A stretch of DNA of 64,000 bases from Macrostomum lignano (GCA_002269645.1 NIVC01000093.1:1-64000); one strand, 5' to 3'. Positions 1-13,580 are shown, counted from the first letter of the stretch. Notes: generated by a model not told the origin, from the letters alone. Numbers and translations: made by a program.

Positions 1-3000
1 CCACCTAACCTACAGACACAACTCGAACAGATTTCTCTGTCTGTTTGAGGCTCTGGCTCTCAGAGCCGCCGAGAAAGTTTAGTGCGAGAATGCTTCAGTT
101 TGTTAGAATGCAATCAGAACATATTCCTAGAAAGTGAGCTAGTCCAGCATCGAGGTAGAAACATCTGGATGTGTAACGAGAGGCTCTTGGAGATTCCTGG
201 CTCAGATTATCGCCTAGAAGTGCTTTGGAGTAGCTGGTCCACTAACCTACAGACACAACTCGAACAGATTTCTCTGTCTGTTTGAGGCTCTGGCTCTCAG
301 AGCCGCCGAGAAAGTTTAGTGCCGAGAATGCTTCAGTTTGTTAGAATGCAATCAGAACAGATTCCTAGAAAGTGAGCTAGTCCAGCATCAAGGTAGAACA
401 TCTGGATGTGTAACAAGAGGCTCTCGGAGATTCCTGGCTCAGATTATCGCCTAGAAGTGCTTTGGAGTAGCTGGTCCACCTAACCTACAGACACAACTCG
501 AACAGATTTCTCTGTCTGTTTAGGGCTCTGGCTCTTAGGTGGTCCACATAACCTACAGACACAACTGAAGCAGCTCTCTTAGTCTGTTTGAGGCTTTGGC
601 TCTCAGTAGCTGGTCCACCTAACCTACAGACACAACTCGAACAGATTTCTCTGTCTGTTTAAGGCTCTGGCTCTCAGAGCCGCCGAGAAAGTTTAGTGCA
701 GAAAATGCTTCAGTTTGTTAGAATGCAATCACAACAGATTCCTAGAAAGTGAGCTAGTCCAGCATCAAGGCAGAACATCTGGATGTGTAACGAAAGTCTC
801 TCGGAGACTCCTGGCTCAGATTATCGCCTAGAAGTGCTGTGGAGTATCTGGTCCACCTAACCTACAGAAACAACTCGAACAGATTTCTCTGTCTGTTTAG
901 ACTCTGGCTCTCAGAGCCGCCGAGAAAGTTTAGTGCAGAAATGCTTCAGTTTGTTAGAATGCAATCAGAACAGATTCCTAGAAAGTGAGCTAGTCCAGCA
1001 TCAAGGCAGAACATCTGGATGTGTAACGAGAGGCTCTCGGAGATTCCTGGCTCAGATTATCGCCTAGAAGTGCTTTGGAGTAGCTGGTCCACCTAACCTA
1101 CAGACACAACTCGAACAGATTTCTCTGTCTGTTTGAGGCTCTGGCTCTCAGAGCCGCCGAGAAAGTTTAGTGCCGAGAATGCTTCAGTTTGTTAGAATGC
1201 AATCAGAACAGATTCCTAGAAAGTGAGCTAGTCCAGCATCAAGGCAGAACATCTGGATGTGTAACGAAAGTCTCTCGGAGACTCCTGGCTCAGATTATCG
1301 CCTAGAAGTGCTGTGGAGTAGCTGGTTCACCTAACCTACAGACACAACTCGAACAGATTTCTCTGTCTGTTTGAGGCTCTGGCTCTTAGAGCCGCCGAGA
1401 AAGTTTAGTGCCGAGAATGCTTCAGTTTGTTAGAATGCAATCAGAACAGATTCCTAGAAAGTGAGCTAGTCCAGCATCAAGGTAGAACATCTGGATGTGT
1501 AACGAGAGGCTCTCGGAGATTCCTGGCTCAGATTATCGCCTAGAAGTGCTGTAGAATAGCTGGTCCACCTAACCTACAGACACAACTCGAACAGATTTCT
1601 CTGTCTGTTTGAGGCTCTGGCTCTCAGAGCCGCCGAGAAAGTTTAGTGCCGAGAATGCTTCAGTTTGTTAGAATGCAATCAGAACAGATTCCTAGAAAGT
1701 GAGCTAGTCCAGCATCAAGGCAGAACATCTGGATGTGTAACGAAAGTCTCTCGGAGACTCCTGGCTCAGATTATCGCCTAGAAGTGCTGTGGAGTAGCTG
1801 GTCCACCTAACCTACAGACACAACTCGAACAGATTTCTCTGTCTGTTTGAGGCTCTGGCTCTTAGGTGGTCCACCTAACCTACAGACACAACTGAAGCAG
1901 CTCTCTCAGTCTGTTTGAGGCTTTGGCTCTCAGTAGCTGGTCCACCTAACCTACAGACACAACTCGAACAGATTTCTCTGTCTGTTTGAGGCTCTGGCTC
2001 TCAGAGCCGCCGAGAAAGTTTAGTGCCGAGAATGCTTCAGTTTGTTAGAATGCAATCAGAACAGATTCCTAGAAAGTGAGCTAGTCCAGCATCAAGGCAG
2101 AACATCTGGATGTGTAACGAGAGGCTCTTGGAGATTCCTGGCTCAGATTATCGCCTAGAAGTGCTGTAGAATAGCTGGTCCACCTAACCTACAGACACAA
2201 CTCGAACAGATTTCTCTGTCTGTTTGAGGCTCTGGCTCTCAGAGCCGCCGAGAAAGTTTAGTGCAGAAAATGCTTCAGTTTGTTAGAATGCAATCAGAAC
2301 AGATTCCTAGAAAGTGAGCTAGTCCAGCATCAAGGTAGAACATCTGGATGTGTAACGAGAGGCTCTCGGAGATTCCTGGCTCAGATTATCGCCTAGAAGT
2401 GCTTTGGAGTAGCTGGTCCACCTAACCTACAGACACAACTCGAACAGATTTCTCTGTCTGTTTGAGGCTCTGGATCTCAGAGCCGCCGAGAAAGTTTAGT
2501 GCCGAGAATGCTTCAGTTTGTTAGAATGCAATCAGAACAGATTCCTAGAAAGTGAGCTAGTCCAGCATCAAGGCAGAACATCTGGATGTGTAACGAGAGG
2601 CTCTCGGAGACTCCTGGCTCAGATTATCGCCTAGAAGTGCTTTGGAGTAGCTGGTCCACCTAACCTACAGACACAACTCGAACAGATTTCTCTGTCTGTT
2701 TGAGGCTCTGGCTCTCAGAGCCGCCGAGAAAGTTTAGTGCCGAGAATGCTTCAGTTTGTTAGAATGCAATCAGAACAGATTCCTAGAAAGTGAGCTAGTC
2801 CAGCATCAAGGCAGAACATCTGGATGTGTAACGAAAGTCTCTCGGAGACTCCTGGCTCAGATTATCGCCTAGAAGTGCTGTGGAGTAGCTGGTCCACCTA
2901 ACCTACAGACACAACTCGAACAGATTTCTCTGTCTGTTTGAGGCTCTGGCTCTTAGAGCCGCCGAGAAAGTTTAGTGCCGAGAATGCTTCAGTTTGTTAG

Positions 3001-6000
3001 AATGCAATCAGAACAGATTCCTAGAAAGTGAGCTAGTCCAGCATCAAGGCAGAACATCTGGATGTGTAACGAAAGTCTCTCGGAGACTCCTGGCTCAGAT
3101 TATCGCCTAGAAGTGCTGTGGAGTAGCTGGTCCACCTAACCTACAGACACAACTCGAACAGATTTCTCTGTCTGTTTGAGGCTCTGGCTCTTAGGTGGTC
3201 CACCTAACCTACAGACACAACTGAAGCAGCTCTCTCAGACTGTTTGAGGCTTTGGCTCTCAGTAGCTGGTCCACCTAACCTACAGACACAACTCGAACAG
3301 ATTTCTCCGTCTGTTTGAGGCTCTGGCTCTCAGAGCCGCCGAGAAAGTTTAGTGCAGAAAATGCTTCAGTTTGTTAGAATGCAATCAGAACAGATTCCTA
3401 GAAAGTGAGCTAGTCCAGCATCAAGGTAGAACATCTGGATGTGTAACGAGAGCTCTCGGAGATTCCTGGCTCAGATTATCGCCTAGAAGTGCTGTAGAAT
3501 AGCTGGTCCACCTAACCTACAGACACAACTCGAACAGATTTCTCTGTCTGTTTGAGGCTCTGGCTCTCAGAGCCGCCGAGAAAGTTTAGTGCCGAGAATG
3601 CTTCAGTTTGTTAGAATGCAATCAGAACAGATTCCTAGAAAGTGAGCTAGTCCAGCATCAAGGTAGAAAATCTGGATGTGTAACGAGAGGCTCTCGGAGA
3701 TTCCTGGCTCAGATTATCGCCTAGAAGTGCTTTGGAGTAGCTGGTCCACCTAACCTACAGACACAACTCGAACAGATTTCTCTGTCTGTTTAGGGCTCTG
3801 GCTCTTAGGTGGTCCACATAACCTACAGACACAACTGAAGCAGCTCTCTCAGTCTGTTTGAGGCTTTGGCTCTCAGAAGGTGGTCCACCTAACCTACAGA
3901 CACAACTCGAACAGATTTCTCTGTCTGTTTAAGGCTCTGGCTCTCAGAGCCGCCGAGAAAGTTTAGTGCAGAAAATGCTTCAGTTTGTTAGAATGCAATC
4001 AGAACAGATTCCTAGAAAGTGAGCTAGTCCAGCATCAAGGCAGAACATCTGGATGTGTAACGAAAGTCTCTCGGAGATTCCTGGCTCAGATTATCGCCTA
4101 GAAGTGCTGTGGAGTAGCTGGTCCACCTAACCTACAGACACAACTCGAACAGATTTCTCTGTCTGTTTAGGCTCTGGCTCTTAGAGCCGCCGAGAAAGTT
4201 TAGTGCCGAGAATGCTTCAGTTTGTTAGAATGCAATCAGAACAGATTCCTAGAAAGTGAGCTAGTCCAGCATCAAGGCAGAACATCTGGATGTGTAACGA
4301 GAGGCTCTCGGAGATTCCTGGCTCAGATTATCGCCTAGAAGTGCTTTGGAGTAGCTGGTCCACCTAACCTACAGACACAACTCGAACAGATTTCTCTGTC
4401 TGTTTGAGGCTCTGGCTCTTAGGTGGTCCTCATAACCTACAGACACAACTGAAGCAGCTCTCTCAGTCTGTTTGAGGCTTTGGCTCTCAGAAGGTGGTCC
4501 ACCTAACCTACAGACACAACTCGAACAGATTTCTCTGTCTGTTTAGGCTCTGGCTCTTAGAGCCGCCGAGAAAGTTTAGTGCCGAGAATGCTTCAGTTTG
4601 TTAGAATGCAATCAGAACAGATTCCTAGAAAGTGAGCTAGTCCAGCATCAAGGCAGAACATCTGGATGTGTAACGAAAGTCTCTCGGAGATTCCTGGCTC
4701 AGATTATCGCCTAGAAGTGCTGTAGAATAGCTGGTCCACCTAACCTACAGACACAACTCGAACAGATTTCTCTGTCTGTTTAAGGCTCTGGCTCTCAGAG
4801 CCGCCGAGAAAGTTTAGTGCAGAAAATGCTTCAGTTTGTTAGAATGCAATCAGAACAGATTCCTAGAAAGTGAGCTAGTCCAGCATCAAGGCAGAACATC
4901 TGGATGTGTAACGAGAGGCTCTCGGAGATTCCTGGCTCAGATTATCGCCTAGAAGTGCTTTGGAGTAGCTGGTCCACCTAACCTACAGACACAACTCGAA
5001 CAGATTTCTCTGTCTGTTTGAGGCTCTGGCTCTTAGGTGGTCCTCATAACCTACAGACACAAGTGAAGCAGCTCTCTCAGTCTGTTTGAGGCTTTGGCTC
5101 TCAGAAGGTGGTCCACCTAACCTACAGACACAACTCGAACAGATTTCTCTGTCTGTTTAGGCTCTGGCTCTTAGAGCCGCCGAGAAAGTTTAGTGCAGAA
5201 AATGCTTCAGTTTGTTAGAATGCAATCAGAACAGATTCCTAGAAAGTGAGCTAGTCCAGCATCAAGGCAGAACATCTGGATGTGTAACGAAAGTCTCTCG
5301 GAGATTCCTGGCTCAGATTATCGCCTAGAAGTGCTGTAGAATAGCTGGTCCACCTAACCTACAGACACAACTCGAACAGATTTCTCTGTCTGTTTAAGGC
5401 TCTGGCTCTCAGAGCCGCCGAGAAAGTTTAGTGCCGAGAATGCTTCAGTTTGTTAGAATGCAATCAGAACAGATTCCTAGAAAGTGAGCTAGTCCAGCAT
5501 CAAGGTAGAACATCTGGATGTGTAACGAGAGGCTCTCGGAGATTCCTGGCTCAGATTATCGCCTAGAAGTGCTTTGGAGTAGCTGGTCCACCTAACCTAC
5601 AGACACAACTCGAACAGATTTCTCTGTCTGTTTGAGGCTCTGGCTCTCAGAGCCGCCGAGAAAGTTTAGTGCCGAGAATGCTTCAGTTTGTTAGAATGCA
5701 ATCAGAACAGATTCCTAGAAAGTGAGCTAGTCCAGCATCAATGTAGAAAATCTGGATGTGTAACGAGAGGCTCTCGGAGATTCCTGGCTCAGATTATCGC
5801 CTAGAAGTGCTGTGGAGTAGCTGGTCCACCTAACCTACAGACACAGCTCGAACAGATTTCTCTGTCTGTTTAGGGCTCTGGCTCTTAGGTGGTCCACATA
5901 ACCTACAGACACAACTGAAGCAGCTCTCTCAGTCTGTTTGAGGCTTTGGCTCTCAGTAGCTGGTCCACCTAACCTACAGACACAACTCGAACAGATTTCT

Positions 6001-9000
6001 CTGTCTGTTTAAGGCTCTGGCTCTCAGAGCCGCCGAGAAAGTTTAGTGCAGAAAATGCTTCAGTTTGTTAGAATGCAATCAGAACAGATTCCTAGAAAGT
6101 GAGCTAGTCCAGCATCAAGGCAGAACATCTGGATGTGTAACGAAAGTCTCTCGGAGACTCCTGGCTCAGATTATCGCCTAGAAGTGCTGTGGAGTATCTG
6201 GTCCACCTAACCTACAGACACAACTCGAACAGATTTCTCTGTCTGTTTAGGCTCTGGCTCTTAGAGCCGCCGAGAAAGTTTAGTGCAGAAAATGCTTCAG
6301 TTTGTTAGAATGCAATCAGAACAGATTCCTAGAAAGTGAGCTAGTCCAGCATCAAGGCAGAACATCTGGATGTGTAACGAAAGTCTCTCGGAGACTCCTG
6401 GCTCAGATTATCGCCTAGAAGTGCTGTGGAGTAGCTGGTCCACCTAACCTACAGACACAACTCGAACAGATTTCTCTGTCTGTTTGAGGCTCTGGCTCTT
6501 AGGTGGTCCACCTAACCTACAGACACAACTGAAGCAGCTCTCTCAGTCTGTTTGAGGCTTTGGCTCTCAGTAGCTGGTCCACCTAACCTACAGACACAAC
6601 TCGAACAGATTTCTCTGTCTGTTTGAGGCTCTGGCTCTCAGAGCCGCCGAGAAAGTTTAGTGCAGAAAATGCTTCAGTTTGTTAGAATGCAATCAGAACA
6701 GATTCCTAGAAAGTGAGCTAGTCCAGCATCAAGGTAGAACATCTGGATGTGTAACGAGAGGCTCTCGGAGATTCCTGGCTCAGATTATCGCCTAGAAGTG
6801 CTGTAGAATAGCTGGTCCACCTAACCTACAGACACAACTCGAACAGATTTCTCTGTCTGTTTGAGGCTCTGGCTCTCAGAGCCGCCGAGAAAGTTTAGTG
6901 CCGAGAATGCTTCAGTTTGTTAGAATGCAATCAGAACAGATTCCTAGAAAGTGAGCTAGTCCAGCATCAAGGTAGAAAATCTGGATGTGTAACGAGAGGC
7001 TCTCGGAGATTCCTGGCTCAGATTATCGCCTAGAAGTGCTTTGGAGTAGCTGGTCCACCTAACCTACAGACACAACTCGAACAGATTTCTCTGTCTGTTT
7101 AGGGCTCTGGCTCTTAGGTGGTCCACATAACCTACAGACACAACTGAAGCAGCTCTCTCAGTCTGTTTGAGGCTTTGGCTCTCAGAAGGTGGTCCACCTA
7201 ACCTACAGACACAACTCGAACAGATTTCTCTGTCTGTTTAAGGCTCTGGCTCTCAGAGCCGCCGAGAAAGTTTAGTGCAGAAAATGCTTCAGTTTGTTAG
7301 AATGCAATCAGAACAGATTCCTAGAAAGTGAGCTAGTCCAGCATCAAGGCAGAACATCTGGATGTGTAACGAAAGTCTCTCGGAGATTCCTGGCTCAGAT
7401 TATCGCCTAGAAGTGCTGTGGAGTAGCTGGTCCACCTAACCTACAGACACAACTCGAACAGATTTCTCTGTCTGTTTAGGCTCTGGCTCTTAGAGCCGCC
7501 GAGAAAGTTTAGTGCCGAGAATGCTTCAGTTTGTTAGAATGCAATCAGAACAGATTCCTAGAAAGTGAGCTAGTCCAGCATCAAGGTAGAAAATCTGGAT
7601 GTGTAACGAGAGGCTCTCGGAGATTCCTGGCTCAGATTATCGCCTAGAAGTGCTTTGGAGTAGCTGGTCCACCTAACCTACAGACACAACTCGAACAGAT
7701 TTCTCTGTCTGTTTGAGGCTCTGGCTCTTAGGTGGTCCTCATAACCTACAGACACAAGTGAAGCAGCTCTCTCAGTCTGTTTGAGGCTTTGGCTCTCAGA
7801 AGGTGGTCCACCTAACCTACAGACACAACTCGAACAGATTTCTCTGTCTGTTTAGGCTCTGGCTCTTAGAGCCGCCGAGAAAGTTTAGTGCAGAAAATGC
7901 TTCAGTTTGTTAGAATGCAATCAGAACAGATTCCTAGAAAGTGAGCTAGTCCAGCATCAAGGCAGAACATCTGGATGTGTAACGAGAGGCTCTCGGAGAT
8001 TCCTGGCTCAGATTATCGCCTAGAAGTGCTGTAGAATAGCTGGTCCACCTAACCTACAGACACAACTCGAACAGATTTCTCTGTCTGTTTGAGGCTCTGG
8101 CTCTCAGAGCCGCCGAGAAAGTTTAGTGCAGAAAATGCTTCAGTTTGTTAGAATGCAATCAGAACAGATTCCTAGAAAGTGAGCTAGTCCAGCATCAAGG
8201 TAGAACATCTGGATGTGTAACGAGAGGCTCTCGGAGATTCCTGGCTCAGATTATCGCCTAGAAGTGCTTTGGAGTAGCTGGTCCACCTAACCTACAGACA
8301 CAACTCGAACAGATTTCTCTGTCTGTTTGAGGCTCTGGCTCTCAGAGCCGCCGAGAAAGTTTAGTGCCGAGAATGCTTCAGTTTGTTAGAATGCAATCAG
8401 AACAGATTCCTAGAAAGTGAGCTAGTCCAGCATCAATGTAGAAAATCTGGATGTGTAACGAGAGGCTCTCGGAGATTCCTGGCTCAGATTATCGCCTAGA
8501 AGTGCTGTGGAGTAGCTGGTCCACCTAACCTACAGACACAGCTCGAACAGATTTCTCTGTCTGTTTAGGGCTCTGGCTCTTAGGTGGTCCACATAACCTA
8601 CAGACACAACTGAAGCAGCTCTCTCAGTCTGTTTGAGGCTTTGGCTCTCAGTAGCTGGTCCACCTAACCTACAGACACAACTCGAACAGATTTCTCTGTC
8701 TGTTTAAGGCTCTGGCTCTCAGAGCCGCCGAGAAAGTTTAGTGCAGAAAATGCTTCAGTTTGTTAGAATGCAATCAGAACAGATTCCTAGAAAGTGAGCT
8801 AGTCCAGCATCAAGGCAGAACATCTGGATGTGTAACGAAAGTCTCTCGGAGACTCCTGGCTCAGATTATCGCCTAGAAGTGCTGTGGAGTATCTGGTCCA
8901 CCTAACCTACAGACACAACTCGAACAGATTTCTCTGTCTGTTTGAGGCTCTGGCTCTTAGAGCCGCCGAGAAAGTTTAGTGCCGAGAATGCTTCAGTTTG

Positions 9001-9389
9001 TTAGAATGCAATCAGAACAGATTCCTAGAAAGTGAGCTAGTCCAGCATCAAGGCAGAACATCTGGATGTGTAACGAAAGTCTCTCGGAGACTCCTGGCTC
9101 AGATTATCGCCTAGAAGTGCTGTGGAGTAGCTGGTCCACCTAACCTACAGACACAACTCGAACAGATTTCTCTGTCTGTTTGAGGCTCTGGCTCTTAGGT
9201 GGTCCACCTAACCTACAGACACAACTGAAGCAGCTCTCTCAGTCTGTTTGAGGCTTTGGCTCTCAGTAGCTGGTCCACCTAACCTACAGACACAACTCGA
9301 ACAGATTTCTCTGTCTGTTTGAGGCTCTGGATCTGAGGTGGTCCACATAACCTACAGACACAACTGGAACAGATTTCTGTGTCTGTTTG
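1..9389. repeat. Complex tandem satellite: ~238-bp monomer interspersed with 68+71-bp truncated module pairs; higher-order organisation
   Basis: The unit start CCACCTAACCTACAGACACAACTCGAACAG recurs at 1, 239, 476, etc. Short module pairs occur at ~476, 1799, 3131, 3746, 4366, 4975, 5826, 6439, 7055, 7673, 8521 and 9138. The array runs off the left window edge. Confidence 0.97.
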
Positions 9390-9414
9390 ATTGTCAGTTA
9401 ATTTTATTTTCTAC

Positions 9415-9497
9415 CTTTGTAGGAGCCTGTGGTTGATTTTGTTCGGCTGAGCTCGACGAGACTGACTGCGTTTCACCGAGATGAAGGTTAAAACGAA
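9415..9497 (-). CDS. Candidate isolated 83-bp exon (RFNLHLGETQSVSSSSAEQNQPQAPTK)
   Basis: On the minus strand a strong acceptor TCTTCTTTTACAG precedes 9497 and a donor AAAG|GTAGAA follows 9415, with an open frame between. No family is recognisable and no partner exon was identified. Confidence 0.25.
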
Positions 9498-10464
9498 CTG
9501 TAAAAGAAGATTTAAACCACTAATTGACGAGAAATATAGAAAGGTTCATCATAGAGCTGAGCTGACGAAAGTGGATTCGATGGCTGAGTAAGCTGAAATT
9601 CGTGAGAGAGGCAATGACAGATCAATAACAGAAGCGGTCCCGGACCACGGAGGCAGGGAAGGTCCAGGAGAATATTTCGTAGAAAAAATAAGAAGATGAA
9701 GCCATCATCTGCGTGAACGAAAAGATGAAAGTCGGTAAAATGATTGGCTTATCATATGATTGCTCACCAACTCATTCAGTATAATAGGACTGATGTAGTC
9801 AAATCAATTTAATTTCAGTTTTAGTAACTTTTGTCGTTATTAAAAATGCCCTTCAACTTCTTGTAGGCTCGTACTCGGATGACCTTTTTAACTAATGGAA
9901 TCTTACGTTTGTTAACATGTATTTGAAGCATACATTTTGACCTAAATTAGTTTTAATGAGTTTACAGTTAGTATTTGATATGATTCTGTATTTATTTTCA
10001 AAATGCTTTATTTTCATTCACCTTCTTGTATTCACGCGACGCAACTAACTAATGCGATCGTACATTTGTTTAACCCGATTAACCCGATTAGTAATGCTAA
10101 ATAAATTGGTTTGAACTTGGGATATTTTCATTAAATGACGTCGTAACCCTTTTATCTGTTCTTTTTGAGAATTTCTGTTTTAATTAGTTCAAAAGAACAG
10201 TTTAAAGCAATAAATTTTCTACAACGAAAGAGGTCTAACTAAACCAACTGTTTTTTTGCGGTCCACCTAACCCGGTCCCCAAAACGTAGTTAGTGAACCA
10301 CCACAGTTTCCCCGAACTGGCTATTCCGTCAAGTTAACAAAAAGATAACCCTAGCTAGCCTTTCGCGTTGTCAAAACAGACTCTATTTTTTAACCGGAAT
10401 TGCGTGGTCCACGTAACGCATTAACATAACTCAGGTCCCGCTAAACACACAGACAGTCGTAAGA

Positions 10465-10465
10465 G

Positions 10466-10508
<43 letters not shown>

Positions 10509-10588
10509 GTGTGTCTGTCTGCCTGTCTGTCTGTCTGTCTGTCTGTCTGTCTTAGTGTCTGTCTGTCTGTCTTATGAGGGACTGAGTG

Positions 10589-10632
<44 letters not shown>

Positions 10633-10670
10633 CGTTTGTCTGTCTGTGTGTCTGTCTGTCTGTCCGTCTG
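10465..10670. repeat. (GTCT)n microsatellite
   Basis: Imperfect GTCT tandem run; source of the SVCL/TDRQ pseudo-ORFs. Confidence 0.95.
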
Positions 10671-11500
10671 TGATTCGAAATATTGCATGTAGCTGTAATG
10701 CCCGATCATCTTTCTCCTTTGCTCCCTTACCTATCGCTCCCAGCTCTAAGAGCTGCACTTCAAACAGTGCGGGTGTGTTTACAGGAACTGTATTACAATA
10801 CCTTCAGTGCAGGACTGCAAGACTGCGAGACTTGAATTCTATATAGCTAGCGGATTTCTGTGGCACCGGCATGCATACACAGTTCTGACACACTGTATAT
10901 GAGCTCTCTGCTGGGTGGCCCTGGGGGATTGCCAACCAGCTTTTGAAGACTGTAATTTAAAGTCTGCAGCTTGAATAGAGTGAAAGCGCATTGATTCCCT
11001 GGCAGTGCCATTGGCTTGGGCCTAAATTCTCCTTAGAAGGGAAGTTGGTTGAAGCGGTTTTCAATGGTTAATTGTGCTCAGAGGTTCGCTATTTAAAATC
11101 TATCTTTTCAAATCTCTGTCGTTTTAAAAAATTGCAGGCACTCAGTCAGAGAATCCTATGGTAGGGCTGGGGGATCTTTGCCTTTCTGGGGGTGAAATGG
11201 TTTCCATAGCAACCAGGCCATCGTTACTTGCTCAGCCAATCGCGTATCGCCATTCTCTCCCTCTCTCTCCCGACATCTCTCTCACCTTGCTCTCTACTAC
11301 TGGTTTTTTTTCCTTTCTTTTGGCCATCGTTGCTGGGTGCAGTGCGTAGCCTGGCGCCTTTCCTGCAAATCTGACACGATTTTTGTTTCTCTTTCAGCAA
11401 AGAAATTGCTTTGAACTTATAGAAGACAGATGCTTGGAAGTTCAGTGGCGGCCAAGGTAAAGTTCAAGGAAAACTTTTCTACGTTATGTACGACTGTCAG

Positions 11501-11961
11501 CTCAGTCAGTTACTCAAGGTGTGCTCAGTCAGTTACTCAAAGTGTGCTCAGTCAGTTACTTAAGGTGTGCTCAGTCAGTTACTCAAGGTGTGCTCAGTCA
11601 GTTACTCAAGGTGTGCTCAGTCAGTTACTCAAGGTGTGCTCTGTCAGTTACTCTAGGTGTGCTCAGTCAGTTACTCAAAGTGTGCTCAGTCAGTTACTCA
11701 AGGTGTGCTCAGTCAGTTACTCAAGGTGTGCTCAGTCAGTTACTCAAGGTGTGCTCAGTCAGTTACTCAAGGTGTGCTCAGTCAGTTACTCAAGGTGTGC
11801 TCAGTCAGTTACTCAAGGTGTGCTCAGTCAGTTACTCAAGGTGTGCTCAGTCAGTTACTCAAGGTGTGCTCAGTCAGTTACTCAAGGTGTGCTCAGTCAG
11901 TTACTCAAGGTGTGCTCAGTCAGTTACTCAAAGTGTGCTCAGTCAGTTACTTAAGGTGTGC
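11501..11961. repeat. 23-bp minisatellite (GTGTGCTCAGTCAGTTACTCAAG)n
   Basis: About 20 near-identical tandem copies. Confidence 0.95.
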
Positions 11962-13580
11962 TCAGTCACTACTGAAGGTGTGATCAGTCACTACTGAAGG
12001 TGTGATCAGTCACTACTGAAGGTGTGCTCAGTCACTACTGAAGGTGTGATCAGTCACTACTGAAGGTGTGATCAGTCACTACTGAAGGTGTGATCAGTCA
12101 CTACTGAAGGTGTGATCAGTCACTACTGAAGGTGTGATCAGTCACTACTGAAGGTGTGCTCAGTCACTACTGAAGGTGTGATCAGTCACTACTGAAGGTG
12201 TGATCAGTCACTACTGAAGGTGTGATCAGTCACTACTGAAGGTGTGATCAGTCACTACTGAAGGTGTGATCAGTCACTACTGAAGGTGTGATCAGTCACT
12301 ACTGAAGGTGTGCTCAGTCACTACTGAAGGTGTGCTCAGTCACTACTGAAGGTGTGCTCAGTCACTACTGAAGGTGTGATCAGTCACTACTGAAGGTGTG
12401 ATCAGTCACTACTGAAGGTGTGATCAGTCACTACTGAAGGTGTGATCAGTCACTACTGAAGGTGTGCTCAGTCACTACTGAAGGTGTGATCAGTCACTAC
12501 TGAAGGTGTGCTCAGTCACTACTGAAGGTGTGATCAGTCACTACTGAAGGTGTGATCAGTCACTACTGAAGGTGTGCTCAGTCACTACTGAAGGTGTGAT
12601 CAGTCACTACTGAAGGTGTGATCAGTCACTACTGAAGATGTGATCAGTCACTGCTGAAGATGTGATCAGTCACTACTGAAGGTGTGATCAGTCACTACTG
12701 AAGATGTGATCAGTCACTACTGAAGGTGTGATCAGTCACTACTGAAGATGTGATCAGTCACTACTGAAGGTGTGCTCAGTCACTACTGAAGGTGTGATCA
12801 GTCACTACTGAAGGTGTGCTCAGTCACTACTGAAGGTGTGATCAGTCACTACTGAAGGTGTGATCAGTCACTACTGAAGATGTGATCAGTCACTGCTGAA
12901 GATGTGATCAGTCACTACTGAAGGTGTGATCAGTCACTACTGAAGATGTGATCAGTCACTACTGAAGGTGTGATCAGTCACTACTGAAGATGTGATCAGT
13001 CACTACTGAAGGTGTGATCAGTCACTACTGAAGGTGTGCTTAGTCACTACTGAAGGTGTGCTTAGTCACTACTGAAGGTGTGATCAGTCACTACTGAAGG
13101 TGTGATCAGTCACTACTGAAGGTGTGATCAGTCACTACTGAAGGTGTGATCAGTCACTACTGAAGGTGTGCTTAGTCACTACTGAAGGTGTGATCAGTCA
13201 CTACTGAAGGTGTGCTTAGTCACTACTGAAGGTGTGCTTAGTCACTACTGAAGGTGTGATCAGTCACTACTGAAGGTGTGATCAGTCACTACTGAAGGTG
13301 TGATCAGTCACTACTGAAGGTGTGATCAGTCACTACTGAAGGTGTGATCAGTCACTACTGAAGGTGTGATCAGTCACTACTGAAGGTGTGATCAGTCACT
13401 ACTGAAGGTGTGATCAGTCACTACTGAAGGTGTGATCAGTCACTACTGAAGGTGTGATCAGTCACTACTGAAGGTGTGCTCAGTCACTACTGAAGGTGTG
13501 ATCAGTCACTACTGAAGGTGTGATCAGTCACTACTGAAGGTGTGATCAGTCACTACTGAAGGTGTGCTCAGTCTCTACTC
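11962..13580. repeat. 22-bp minisatellite (GTGTGATCAGTCACTACTGAAG)n
   Basis: About 70 tandem copies directly abutting the related 23-bp array. Confidence 0.95.

Noticed and set aside
1-9389. Satellite as a CRISPR array or as a hammerhead-bearing (Schistosoma Sm-alpha-like) satellite
   Set aside because: There are no unique spacers or cas genes and the context is eukaryotic. No CUGAnGA...GAAA core was found on either strand of the monomer.
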